From Octopus bimaculoides (taxonomy: Eukaryota): DNA of 60,514 bases. The notes below the pieces were generated by a model. That model was not told the DNA's origin and made no database searches. It was given only the letters and a program-made list of their open reading frames with translations. Of this stretch, positions 37,999 to 52,100 are shown piece after piece. Numbering within the stretch: position 1 is the stretch's first letter; each line of letters begins with the position of its first letter. Location: contig NC_068985.1 in assembly GCF_001194135.2 (NCBI RefSeq), positions 69,798,332 through 69,858,845 on the forward strand, given 5' to 3'. The position numbers were made by a program, and so were the translations under genes.

Positions 37999-40771
37999 AT
38001 AGTTATATGTAGATTGATATAGCGTACGATCGCTAAACCTAACCACATTAATTTTCTTCTCTTTATCCGAGGTCATATTACCATTGTCTTACATTGTCCT
38101 TTATGTCCACAAACTGCTTTTGGAAGTTCAATCAGATATGCATTGTCATAGTTATTACACAGAAAATCAATTTAGTAAGTTCAATTTATTTGAAGAGAAT
38201 GCTTGATTACTGTTTAACTCGAATTAAGCTCCAACTGAGAAAACTTATGTTCAACAGTCATTCAAAGGTCAACATATATTTTCTCAATCACAGTGCATGT
38301 GGCACTATAGCTTCCATAGATGCTGTGTCATTTTCTTTTTAGCATGTCGAATGTGTGTGTAGACGTTTTCTCTTTTCTTACTTGAAAAACACTTTCCTTT
38401 ATTTCCCTGTTGTCCATATCAAATGTTCGTGAAATTACTTTCGAAAATATAATTATGAATTCATAGATTAGATTGATTGTTAGTCTAAAGAACATTTTCT
38501 GTTCTATTACTTTAAAAAAAATAGTAAGAAAATACAAACTAATTTTAAGTTTTCGTAGAGTTGTAAAATGAATACAACATTTGAATTATTGTTACAAAAC
38601 CATTTTAATTTGAGACTTGATATTTTTTATACAGATTCGTTTATAACATTTTTGTCTTTATGTATTCCAGTCTGAAGGCTGTGGTTAGGCTGGAGCAGTA
38701 TTTATTGTTGTTATGCATTTATTTTGTTCTTAATTATTTCATATATTCTTATCATTATTACTAAATCCTTATGATTAATAATTCACTGAAAATGTATGCT
38801 ATAATTTGATAAAGTAGTAAATGACGACCTGGCTATAAATTTCTTACAGATCACTTTTTGTCGATCTACGCTCCGAATACAAGTGTTATTGAGGGTCATC
38901 AATATAAATACTTGAGTGAATAAGAACATTAATCATTTGCAAAATAGATAAATTTATTTTAAGATTGGAGAATATAGTACACACTTTGATAAATATACTC
39001 ATTCTTAATTTGAGACATATCGTATCAAGTTTAACAAATCATTTAGTCATGCTGGAAGATATAATATATTCATGTTAGGAAGGTTTATACAGTTACATTT
39101 TAACATATAACACATCGTGTGATATAAAACAGAAGCATTGCACAACATAATGTAGTTAGTGCGTGATGCATAATTAAATTACACTGAAAACCTCTACGTA
39201 TTCACACGACCTGCTAGAAACAGAAATGAAATCTGCATTAAAGCACACGTTGACGTTTTAAAGAAAGGAAATGTTCCATAAGATTATCTGTTGCTCAATA
39301 CACCTGATTTCAAAGAACCGGACGTTTACGGCTTGAGTATCTTCCTTCATAAATATGCTTTAACGGAATGACCCGGGCTTTCATAACGAAGTCAGTACTA
39401 ACAGCGTTTTGAAACATTAGTATATATACTACATATAGTACAGATGCAATAAAATGTTTTGCTCGTTTAAGATTTATTGTCGCAAGTTAATTATCCTGAT
39501 ATCACATGCTCTTTGCTCAATGTATAGAAGATTATGAATGTGTAGGAAACCTATTATGAGGAAAAACGATCTCATATTTTAAAGCACAACTCAGTCATAA
39601 TGTGAAACATGATATTCCGTGGTATATTGCATAGGGGTAGCATATATCACTACTGCATCTAATCATCCACAGCAATATAAGCTAGATTTAAAAGTTACGT
39701 CTTAAAATCCGCAAGTTTAACTTTGTAAATTATTTAACCATTGTGAAAATAGCGAATTTTCTTTCTGTGAAATCGTGAAGCTTCATATTCAAATCTTAGA
39801 TATATTGAAAACGTGTTTCTTTCTGTTTACTAATACACAACTCAAACTTTATGGAACTAACTAAAGACCGAAGGGTGTTCCTAAGATGTAATCCAGTGAA
39901 TAGAAGATCTTAAGTGAAACAAAAGACCTTTGATGAATCGTACTGAGTCATGTTGCATTTAATCGGAGGAGATGTAATGATTTCTCAATAACTTGACGGA
40001 ATACATTCTCCAGCAAGTTCTCTTGCAAAAATGGCAATCATTATAAAAAGGCTGGTAGCTACGTGGATTTACAAATACTCAAAAGGGACGTGCCGTTATC
40101 AAAATATCTAGAGGTTCTGTTACATAGTTTCAAGCTGACTCGCATTCATCAAGTTCCAGCTGAATCGCATACATTTGGTTAATAGCAAGCAATCATTCGT
40201 AGTTTACTCTTCAACAAGATCAGAAGTCTTATCAACGAAAGACCATCTACTGAAACATTTGAGTACTTCCTTATATGACCATCTAATGAAACATTTGAGT
40301 ACTTCTTTATATGACAGTTGCTACAACTCCACAAACAATATAAGCAAACACAAAAATGGAAACTGGTTAAATCGAAAACGAATTTCTTGTTCAAATATAT
40401 CTTATAGTAACATTATCATCGCTCAATAGCACTGGCAATTTCAGACACATATACGATGGGTGAAAGAGTTTCAATTCCAATGATTTTTCTTCAGCCAAGA
40501 ATAGACATTATCTTTAGATGCATGCTTAGTGATGCACTCTGAATCCCAAACATCACGTATGGATTAATGAAAACCTGTACACACACACGCATACACAGGC
40601 ACGGGAGCGGGCGCAAACACAAATACACACATGCATGTGCGCGCCATTACCGCCACCATCACATAAACACAAGCCTGTATACATGGATACATATATACAT
40701 ACACACACATATATACACACACAGATGCGTATGAGTGCATGCATTTGCAGATACATAAATATATGTATTTG

Positions 40772-40807
<36 letters not shown>

Positions 40808-40868
40808 NNNNNNNNNNNNNNNNNNNNNNNNNNNNNNNNNNNNNNNNNNNNNNNNNNNNNNNNNNNNN

Positions 40869-40909
<41 letters not shown>

Positions 40910-42842
40910 AATATACACACACACTGAAACACACACACGCATATATATGTATATATATGTATATATATACAGATATATATGCGTTACTCAGCATTAAAGT
41001 AAGAATCTACGTGTTACATTGCTGGTAATATTTTGCGCTTCTTGCATTATTGGAATTTGTAATTGTTTGATTCAGATGTTGTAGTTAAAATTACATTTAA
41101 ATCCTAAACAAACCAGATTTTTTTGTTCGCATCACTTCAAGCATGCTACATTTGTTTGGCATTTTGGATGAAAAAAAGAACAGATTTGTTTGTTTTATGT
41201 AAGAAAATTACATAGCAAAATATTATGGAACGCAGAACAAGGAAATTAAACGAGAAAAAGCATATTGAAAAAGAAAACAAGGAGAAATGGTAAAGAAAAA
41301 TTATTACGGAACGATTACATTATTCTTCCATTTTATGTATTTATCTTTCCTGATCTTCATTCTCTGTCTGCTTTCGTTTACTTTCCTACCCCTATTTCCT
41401 TTCCTTCTCACCTCTCTATATCTCACTCAGTAACACACTTCCGCTCTCTTTCTAATATCTCTTTGAAATGAACGAAAACTTATCGTTGCGCCTAATGCCT
41501 GGCGGGCTCATGTATAATAACTGATATCTTTATGTGAGCAGCAGATTTCCTGAGAATGGCACCATCATATCCTGCTGGACATAACTGTTCTTAAACAACA
41601 TTATTATTGCTATTTGCTCAATGGCCGTTATATTTTCACTTCTAATTATTTCCACGTTAAACAAGGAGACATAACAAACCTACTTCTCACGACAACATTG
41701 NNNNNNNNNNTATATATATGTATGTATGTATCCATATATATGTAAGTATTATATATATGCACATACATATGTGCGTTTGTGTATGTGAGTAAGTGAGTGA
41801 GTGAGTGTATGTGTGTAAGATGCCTACACGTCTACATTCAGTCATAAATATATGGCGCAGAAACCATCATCATCATCTTTGAATTCTTGCATTAATCTTT
41901 TCTTAGAATACATTACATGCTGATATAGATGCACATTCAAATGCACATATATCTATTTGAATATATGTTGTATATATGCATATATATGTATATATATATA
42001 TGTATATATGTTTANNNNNNNNNNNNNNNNNNNNNNNNNNNNNNNNNNNNNNNNNNNNNNNNNNNNNNNNNNNNNNNNNNNNNNNNNNNNNNNNNNNNNN
42101 NNNNNNNNNNNNNNNNNNNNNNNNNNNNNNNNNNNNNNNNNNNNNNNNNNNNNNNNNNNNNNNNNNNNNNNNNNNNNNNNNNNNNNNNNNNNNNNNNNNN
42201 NNNNNNNNNNNNNNNNNNNNNNNNNNNNNNNNNNNNNNNNNNNNNNNNNNNNNNNNNNNNNNNNNNNNNNNNNNNNNNNNNNNNNNNNNNNNNNNNNNNN
42301 NNNNNNNNNNNNNNNNNNNNNNNNNNNNNNNNNNNNNNNNNNNNNNNNNNNNNNNNNNNNNNNNNNNNNNNNNNNNNNNNNNNNNNNNNNNNNNNNNNNN
42401 NNNNNNNNNNNNNNNNNNNNNNNNNNNNNNNNNNNNNNNNNNNNNNNNNNNNNNNNNNNNNNNNNNNNNNNNNNNNNNNNNNNNNNNNNNNNNNNNNNNN
42501 NNNNNNNNNNNNNNNNNNNNNNNNNNNNNNNNNNNNNNNNNNNNNNNNNNNNNNNNNNNNNNNNNNNNNNNNNNNNNNNNNNNNNNNNNNNNNNNNNNNN
42601 NNNNNNNNNNNNNNNNNNNNNNNNNNNNNNNNNNNNNNNNNNNNNNNNNNNNNNNNNNNNNNNNNNNNNNNNNNNNNNNNNNNNNNNNNNNNNNNNNNNN
42701 NNNNNNNNNNNNNNNNNNNNNNNNNNNNNNNNNNNNNNNNNNNNNNNNNNNNNATATATGCATATACATATATATGTACATACACACACACGCACATATA
42801 TATGTACTATATACATATAAAGATATCATACGTATATAGATA

Positions 42843-42884
<42 letters not shown>

Positions 42885-43508
42885 CGTATATGTATCTATT
42901 TATGAATGAGTTTTTCGTGGGTATATGGGTGCGTGGGTGTATGTGTGTAGAGAGAGAGAAAGAGAGAGAGAGTGAGAAGGAAAATGGAGAGAGGGAGTGG
43001 AAGAAGAGGGGTAAGCATGCAGGCAGGCATGCAGATTGATAGATAGATAGATATTTATGAACAGTGATACATCAATATTTGCGTGTAGGAAATTCAATGA
43101 AAAGATGTTAAAGCTTGAATCTCCCTGAGCAAATGTATTGTTGCTCTTCCACCGATCAATTTATGTGCATAGAAGATGCATGCACTATAATAAATCAAAT
43201 TGCTTAGACCCAGTATTGTGGATATCTAACACTGTTACCCTCTTTCGGACAACGTTGGCATTTCTTGTCGATGTCTTCATCGAAGAGTTTTTCAATGAAA
43301 ACAGGTTTTCATTAGAAATGAAATTAAAATGGCACTTATTATGCATCTGTGGGGGTCGTATGCTAAACAAGTGCGCTGTATAAATTCTTTGATAATATGT
43401 GCATTCATTAAAATTGACTCCATCCAGGGGATAGAATCGATTTATATTCAATTTTATTACAAGTTATTTAAGCACACGCCGAAAATTGTTCGCAAATTTG
43501 TGCAGCAC

Positions 43509-43577
<69 letters not shown>

Positions 43578-43928
43578 CATGTATATACATATATATATAT
43601 ATATATATATANNNNNNNNNNNNNNNNNNNNNNNNNNNNNNNNNNNNNNNNNNNNNNNNNNNNNNNNNNNNNNNNNNNNNNNNNNNNNNNNNNNNNNNNN
43701 NNNNNNNNNNNNNNNNNNNNNNNNNNNNNNNNNNNNNNNNNNNNNNNNNNNNNNNNNNNNNNNNNNNNNNNNNNNNNNNNNNNNNNNNNNNNNNNNNNNN
43801 NNNNNNNNNNNNNNNNNNNNNNNNNNNACACAGAGTGCGATAGGTAAATTGCCGCCATTTTAATTTCATGCATACGCATTGATTCATTTTCATTTTGTCG
43901 ACTACATAGTGCAGACATCAACCCCTTT

Positions 43929-44093
43929 GAGCAAGAGACCAACAAAACTCCTTGTAACACCAAAGATGAAGTTTAGGCAAGGATTATGGCAGCATTCACC
44001 CACTTAACCAAAGAGACGCTTCAGGAGAGTTGCAGGAGATTCCGAAGTCGTCAGGAGGCCCTGGTTGAAGCTAATGGCGATTTTATTGAATAA
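43929..44093 (+). mobile_element. Tc1/mariner transposase C-terminal fragment
   Basis: EQETNKTPCNTKDEV*ARIMAAFTHLTKETLQESCRRFRSRQEALVEANGDFIE*, a typical Tc1/mariner C-terminus. Confidence 0.85.
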
Positions 44094-44684
44094 ATTTACT
44101 CATTGGTATTTCAAGATATTTTTTATGTAATTTTGGTAAATATATCTGTTAAAATAAGATGTCATTTTACGGATATTTTCGGTAAGAAAATATTAATTTC
44201 GAAAGCGTTCTACGGATAACTTTGTATTTATTTCTGTAATTTTCACTAGTCTCACCCGCAAGTTTTGCTTCGCTAAATTTATCTTTGAGAACAATTCGGT
44301 CTTAATAGACACATTACACGTGATCTTATTCTAGCACATAAGCAGTCCACTTAGTGGTCTCTTTTACATATACATATATAATAATCCTTTGAGATTTCAG
44401 ATAACGTTTCCTGAAACTCTTGATTCTTTTAATGTGCTAGTTCCCTGGTATTAAATTAATATTGATTATTGGAGCTTCACTATGAGCAAAAAACTGGTTT
44501 TCTATATTAAAACAAATTACTTCCGTCCTGCCTCTGAAGAGTCGATTTTATATCCGTTGCTGAGGATGCAAAAGAACGCAGAAATGCACGAATCATTCAC
44601 AGTACAATGTATTTTCCTACATAAAATCTAACAGAAGTTTCTCTCGGAACTACTTCTGCAGCGGCAGATTTACTCATATTCAAG

Positions 44685-45061
44685 TGTTGTTGTTGTTGGC
44701 ACTCCGTCGCTTACGACGTCTACTGTTCCAGTTGATCCGATCAATGGAACAGCCTGCTTGTGAAATTAACGTGCAAGTGGCTGAGCACTCCACAGACACG
44801 TGTACCCTTAACGTAGTTCTCGGGGATATTCAGCGTGACACAGTGTGACAAGGCTGACCCCTTGAATTACAGGCACAACAGAAACAGGAAGTAAGAGTGA
44901 GAGAAAGTTGTGGTGATAGAGTACAGCAGGGTTCACCACCATCCCCTGCCGGAGGCCCGTGGAGCTTTAGGTGTTTTCGCTCAATAAACACTCACAACGC
45001 CCGGTCTGGGAATCGAAACCGCGATCCTATGACCGTGAGTCCGCTGCCCTAACCACTGGGC
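44685..45061 (-). mobile_element. tRNA-derived SINE, family C, with (AAC)n tail
   Basis: Reverse complement: GCCCAGTGGTTAGGGCAGC (A box)...GGTTTCGATTCCC (B box)...GGAGTGCC(AAC)n. The 5' end runs into an N-gap. Confidence 0.85.
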
Positions 45062-45447
45062 NNNNNNNNNNNNNNNNNNNNNNNNNNNNNNNNNNNNNNN
45101 NNNNNNNNNNNNNNNNNNNNNNNNNNNNNNNNNNNNNNNNNNNNNNNNNNNNNNNNNNNNNNNNNNNNNNNNNNNNNNNNNNNNNNNNNNNNNNNNNNNN
45201 NNNNNNNNNNNNNNNNNNNNNNNNNNNNNNNNNNNNNNNNNNNNNNNNNNNNNNNNNNNNNNNNNNNNNNNNNNNNNNNNNNNNNNNNNNNNNNNNNNNN
45301 NNNNNNNNNNNNNNNNNNNNNNNNNNNNNNNNNNNNNNNNNNNNNNNNNNNNNNNNNNNNNNNNNNNNNNNNNNNNNNNNNNNNNNNNNNNNNNNNNNNN
45401 NNNNNNNNNNNNNNNNNNNNNNNNNNNNNNNNNNNNNNNNNNNNNNN

Positions 45448-45487
<40 letters not shown>

Positions 45488-45494
45488 GTATGTA

Positions 45495-45695
45495 CATATT
45501 TGTCCCCCCCATACACACACCATCGCTTGACAACCATTGTTGGTGTGTTTACATAGTGGTTCAGTAAAAGAGACCGATAGAATAAGTACTAAGCTTACAA
45601 GGAATAACTCCTGGATCAATTGATTCGACTAAAGACGGTGCTCCAGCATAGCTGCAGTCAAATGATTGAAACAAGTATATGAATAATAGAATAAA
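45495..45695 (+). mobile_element. Family-B SINE 3' part
   Basis: CATCGCTTGACAACC...GACCGATAGAATAAGTACT...GGTGCTCCAGCAT...GAAACAAGTA matches 46975-47157. Confidence 0.8.
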
Positions 45696-45744
45696 CGACT
45701 AAAATATATATGTATATATATGGTGATTGCTTCATTTTTGCAGA

Positions 45745-48700
45745 TGATTACTGTCTTCCCATGTATGCCCATCGACTATCATCACCTCCAAACATCTGTC
45801 CATGAACCCTTAGGGGGCATTTAAGTCCAGCATTAGATTTGCACAGTCTCCAGGAAACGTGACAGACAAAATATGTGCTCTCTATTTGTTTTATTGGGTC
45901 AGCTCGTGGGGTGACATTCTTATGTACCCTCATATGCCTTTTAAGACTAGGTATTTTCAGATCTTTTTGCACACCACGCATGATATCTCACCTAGCATTG
46001 GATTGATATAGCTGCATACAGTTGGCTTTTTATATGATTTTGAATGAGTGTTGTACCGAGGTTTAGAGAGTAGTAACCCACATCACACCTTACAAATCGA
46101 GCTCAATATGTTTTATTGATGTTCAAACTGTGGCCTTTTCGAAGCTGGCGTTTAGGTTTTTCATGATCGAGACGTCTTTCTTCAAACATTCTACAGCCTT
46201 CCTTCATATATCATCTCCATTTACCCCTCTTTAAAGCAAGCTCTTCACAGTTCCGATCTCCAAGCTGAAAATATTTAATGTTGTTTTTAATGCAATGCTG
46301 ATATGTTTTTCTTGGTTTGTGCTGAAGGCGTTTACCAATTGCCTGTAAAATAGTTGTACCCAACGCATTTGAAAGGACATGATGGCAGATTCAATGGTCG
46401 TGCAGCCAACATCTATAAAGATTTGTGTGTCAGGTAATTTCTGTAGCCATTTGATGTTTAGGAATCTTCTTAAACACTTTTGGTTAACGTGTTCAAGCAA
46501 ATTAAGTTGCTTACGATGTACCGTCCACAGCAAAAAATATTGAGAACAATATGGGAGTCAGGATATATCCCCGCTTCACGCCTTTTACAACTGGGATTTC
46601 ATTGGACAATTTTCCAGTCAAGACAACCCGAGCTTTCGTATTCCTGGGCAGTTGAACGAGCATATCAATTAACTTTGGTGGACACCCTATTTTCCTTAAT
46701 ATTTTCCACACTACACCTCTGTTAATCGAATCAAAGACCAGACGCAGGAGTGACTGTGTGGTAAGTAGCTTGCTTACGAACCACATGGTTCCAGGTTCAT
46801 TCCCACTGCGTGGCACCTTGGGCAAGTGTCTTCTACTATAGCCTCGGGCCGACCAAAGCCTTGTGAGTGAATTTGGTAGACGGAAACTGAAAGAATCCCT
46901 TCGTATATATGTATATATATATATATATATATNNNNNNNNNNTATGTGTGTATATGTTTGTGTGGGTGTGTTTGTCCTACCAGCATCGCTTGACAACCGA
47001 TGGTGGTGTGTTTACGTCCCCGTAACTTAGTGGTTCAGCAAAAGAGACCGATAGAATAAGTACTAGGCTTCTAATGAATAAGTCCTGGGGTCGATTTGCT
47101 CGTCTAAAGGCGGTGCTCCAGCATGGCCGCAGTCAAATTACTGAAACAAGTAAAAAGAGAGAGTAACCTAATACAGAGGAACCCGCTGCTCAATACATTT
47201 CTTCTGAATCTGCCTTGCCGACAAGCTTATATCAGTCGTCCCTCTGCCAGATCTAAAGCTAACTTGTGATTCCAGGATTACTGTAGGACAAATGTCCTCC
47301 ATCAACCTGTTCAGCAAGAACGAATTTCATCTGATCAAGGTATCTTACCTGTTTAACTGGTTAATGACCATTGCAACCTCAGTATAAATTGGTAGTCAAT
47401 CCATTTTGAACTTTACAACACATTGAGTGATGCCATCTAGCAGATCATGATCAACTGATGATGGATTATCAAATAAATCAGTGAAATGTTCTTGCCAACG
47501 TTTAAGGATTTTCTCTGACTCCTTAATGACAGCAGCGTTGCTTTTGGACCTAATGGAAACAACATACGAAGTTGCTGGACAATATACTACAGGTAAAAGA
47601 CTATAAAACAGTTTTAAATCCTTTGCGTTATATGCACTTTGAATATGTTCAGAGATCTTTAACCACCGCTTATTCTTAAGCCTTCTCAGCTCACGTTGTA
47701 AAACGGCTTTATATTCTTTATATGTTTTTTTTTAATAGCAGTTAAGTTCAGCGTGCACTCTGTCAGAAATGTTTCATGAAGAACGTTTTTTTTTTCGTTA
47801 AAAGTTGATTGATAACCAGATTATTATCATCAAACTAATCTTTATGTTGGTTTTTGGCCCTGAGTTCAAAATCTGCTAATGCTGCTGTTGCTGCTGCTGC
47901 TGCTGTCTCTTACAATTGATGCCTGAAATTTATTCACGTTACATCGTAGTCAATATCATTCAAACGTGTGTTCAAAGCCTCAAGTATATCTTGCTGTTTT
48001 AACTTTTCAACACCAGTAAGCTTTCAGAGATTTGATTCTACAAACGAGAGTTTTTTTGAATACGAAACTTAAATTTCTCCCGAACCATCTTATGGTCTGT
48101 GTTGCATTCAGCACTACGTGTAACGAGCACATTGCAGACATCATTCAGATCGCATCTCCGAGTTACTATGAAATCTATTATGTGGCCATTGTTTGACCTT
48201 GAGTCTATCCAGATAACTTTATGCTTCTTCTTTTGACGGAAGGATGTGTTGCAAATTGCCAGGTTGGGCTCTGATCAGAGCTCAAGCATCTTCAGACAAT
48301 TAGCATTCATTTTATCGATACCGTAATGGTCTAGTGCATCCCATGTCTCATGGCCTCTACCAACTCGGGCAATTGAAATCACCAAGAATGATAACATTTT
48401 CTTCGACTGGACTAGATACAATTGTAGCACGAAGGGATTCATAAAATGTCATAATACATCCTTCACTGGCCTTGAAGGCCGGAATATAAACTGACAGAAT
48501 TGTTGCATATCGCCCTCATGCAAGGGAAATGCGCAACTTCGTTGTACGGTCACTGATTCTTAAAGGGCACTCTATATGTTGTGCTAGAGTCTCACGCACT
48601 GTAAAACCTACACCACCATCTCGCTGTTGTTATTTCAATGAGATGATCACACCTTGATAGACGTTTTCTGACAAAGCTGCAATACCTACACCTGATCTTC

Positions 48701-49125
48701 GAAGTTCTTTTGGTACCAGTGTGGTTTTTCTTTCTAGTCGGTTTGATGAGCCGTTGGTCCAAAAGTGTTCTGACATTCCGGCAGCAAATATTTATATTAA
48801 TTCGTTTTTTTTAATGTTTTCCTTTATAATTCTTTTTTTTCTTTCCTGCTTGAATGAACCGCAGTAAACTACCCAACGTTGATGTGACAGACTATTTTTC
48901 ATGTACCTTTTCTAGCACCTCCCCAAGATTTTGGGCGAGCAGTGTTCTCTTTATTAGAGCTGCTCAGACACAATGTGTCTCCATCGAAGTTAGTTCCTAT
49001 CACAGGAAAGCATAACAACAATGTTATGGTATGACCTCTACCGCCTATGTGTAGATTTGCAGCTATATGCTTCCAAATGGTCAGGTCTGTACACATCGCC
49101 ACTCTTCCATCGCCATAGGACTTTC
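45745..49125 (-). mobile_element. Near full-length decayed RTE-clade LINE interrupted by a SINE
   Basis: 5' UTR shared with 34860-35080; APE start NVRTLLD at ~48770; RQIQKKCIEQRVPLY [SINE] FDSINRGVVWKIL...GVKRG; QKCLRRFLNIKW; deletions within RT. Confidence 0.85.
46740..47157 (+). mobile_element. Family-B tRNA-derived SINE with internal (TA)/(TG) microsatellite
   Basis: TGTGTGGTAAGTAG (A-box-like) and GGTTCATTCCC (B-box-like), microsatellite at 46905-46970, conserved tail. Confidence 0.9.
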
Positions 49126-52100
49126 AACTGTAAAAATGACAGATGAGAAGAACACAAAAGAGACAGCCGTAATTCACTGGATCATAGTGGCAAACGCTTG
49201 TACTACACCTGCACCACTCTCTAAGCTTCAGTGATTATTGTCTGGTGACAAGACAAAGCCAGATGACTGGTAATCACATCAACCGTAGGTTTTTATTCAA
49301 GTTTCCCTGTTTTAGAATGATACTGTAACAAGACTATGGGGTCCTTCACTCCCATTTAGAAAAAAACATAATCAGTCCCGTACACACAAACCACACCCAC
49401 ACATTAATATACAAAATATACACACACACACAAATTGAAATACAATATATACAAGACTTAAATATAAATAAAAATTAAAATTAAAAAAAACATATATACA
49501 TATCTACACATATTTGTTGGATGGCCGTTAACCACTCATGCGTTCCTGTGTCCTTTGACATCCTGCAGGGTGTCCAACAATCATCCTCCTCACCAAGCAA
49601 GCTTGGTGGGGTTAGCAGTTTAGTCGTCCAGGACCCGACCAGTTGTACTGGATTACGTGTTGCCAGTAGCACTCAAGAGCGATCTGACATATATAGTGAG
49701 TGAGTGAGGGAGAGTGTGAGGAAGTGAGTGAGTGAGTGAGTGAGATTTTGAGAAGGAAAATACTTTTGACCAACGTGGAAATGAATTATATTATTTTAGG
49801 TATCTGTCATTCAGAACAGATCAGAGACCGACTGGAACATATTCTGTTGTATAAATTATCGAAACTCCCCAAAGTTATGCAACACAATCTGATTTTAAGC
49901 ATCAATATCACATTTTCTCTCAAAAGTAAAGAAATATTTAGAAGAAAAAGCAAAGGAATTTTTTATTTTTTATCTATTTTCTCGGTCGTCATTTTCCTGT
50001 TTGGGGTTCAGTTTATTTCATACTTTGCTGTGCTTGATTACTTCTTAATGAATAACAATCGTATTTCCCATTCAATTCTATGAAGAAACAGCTTACTATC
50101 AACTAATGGTTATGGAGTTAATAAATATTCCTCACATTAATCATTTAATCTAATATTTTGTATGTTTATTTTAATATCATTTACGGCCACACTGCCTTCA
50201 ACATCACCACCAAACACGTTGTTTATGCTGTTTTTTTTTCCTTAATAAATGCTTTAGATTAGATATAAAACAATATATATATACAATTTGTGAAAACGCC
50301 TCTATTATGTTGAAAACTTATTCACCACGTAATGCGTATTTTCTTTTGTTTCTTTTTTTTAAAGAGATTACTACATTAAGAACCATGATTTAACATTTCT
50401 AAATTCATTCAGCTCTTATAAAGATGATTAATTATGGATTTTAAAAAGAGTAGAAAAGCAATAAAATATATTTTTGTATTCATAAAGTTTATCTTTTCGG
50501 CAACTTCTAAATTACCTGTTATCTCAATCTTTCTTGATTTCGATCACAAAATTAGAATACTGCAGTCTTTTCTAAGATGCTTTCGTTCTATTCCCCCGCC
50601 CCTCTTCTGTAACGAACCAATCAATTCACTATATTATTTAGATCAGATTTATTACCATAAATATTTTCAATATTGAGATAATGAGGTCTTTTTTTTAAGT
50701 GTATTCATGTACCTATTAAGAATGTAGGCCGCAGTCTAAATTGGTTGGAATTGCTATTATTATCGATTGGTTTTCTTATTTTATTTACGTATTAATTTTT
50801 GGAAATCAAAAACATAAACGGTTTTCCGTCAATTTCGATGATGAGTATTTTCGTTCCTCGTTCAAGTGATTGAACAAAAGCGTTGAAATATTCCGCATTA
50901 AAAAAGGAACTTCAAATACTCAGTCAGAATCAGAGTGATATATAGTGAGAAGAACCGTCGTGCTAACTGGAATTTTTATTGAACTGAGAGACTCTAAATG
51001 TCTTCCCGCTGAAGACTCACATCAAAGCATGTCTACAATAGATTATGCTTGGTAGAATGATAATAAATCTAACTCATTATATTTCCTACTACACCTGAAT
51101 ATTCGCCTTTTGAATAACTTGCTGTGTGCAGCCGATTTTCGTGCGGACGACATTACTGTGAAATCAAATTTATTGCTTAAGTCAGAATTTCAATCACAAC
51201 TATCTAAATCTATCTAATTAATAACTATTACAATTTCTTCACAAAATTAGGCAATCGGTCCTATATAAACCACTCAAAATTCGTTCACGTAAGAACTATT
51301 ATATTCCTCCATATATACATCGAATACTTGAGTCCCGTATATTTAATCAAAGCCCATTATTGTTAAACAAGTGTAACTTCCATACACATGCAGGCACACA
51401 CGCACGCATCCCCCCCACACACACATATATATATATATATAAGAGAGAGAGAGAGTGAGAGAAAGAAAAGCGGCATATGTAAGATGCGAGAATCTTTATT
51501 AATCATTACAAGCCTTTCTACCTATCGAGCATCTATCCATCTTCAATAAACATTCTCGTGACTTCCATCGTCTATGTCTCTCTTTAATTTGATACCCAGT
51601 GAACACTGCCTAGTGAATACTGCCTAGTGAACGCGCTTTACCGGCAAACTACCAGGTGTTTACCGTACGATTTATTAACTAATAATATATACACATAAAT
51701 ATATATATAAAGAAAGAAAATAAATTAGACTCTGCAAGGGTTTCTTTCAATCACTATATCATCTTTTTAGGAGTCTGGCTAGTTTATTGTATTGTCTCTC
51801 TTATCTGTATCTTGCTTTACGGCCGTTTGGCTTTCAGTGGCGTCTATGAAATCTAGTGATCATTCATTTCTAAGTCACACGTCGGCGTTCTTTTTCGTAA
51901 TTTATAAGTATTGTTCTAATTTACAATTTTACATTTGGTATTTAAATACACTTAACTCATTCTATAACCATACAATGTCTCAGTTCGATACACTCATTAA
52001 TATATGCATTAATTCCTATTCTCCCATCACTAATCAATGCATCGCCATCTCCTTCTCAACTGCTATATTCTTTATTGCTGGTTAAACCGACGACCAAATA

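Noticed and set aside
44990-45061. tRNA gene
   Set aside because: The A and B boxes continue into a SINE body and tail, and no complete cloverleaf is evident.
51598-51632. 14-bp x2.5 tandem repeat; similar short repeats at 6788-6842 (23 bp, period 32) and 52466-52510 (10 bp)
   Set aside because: Short slippage duplications without spacers. They are not CRISPR-like and suggest no function.
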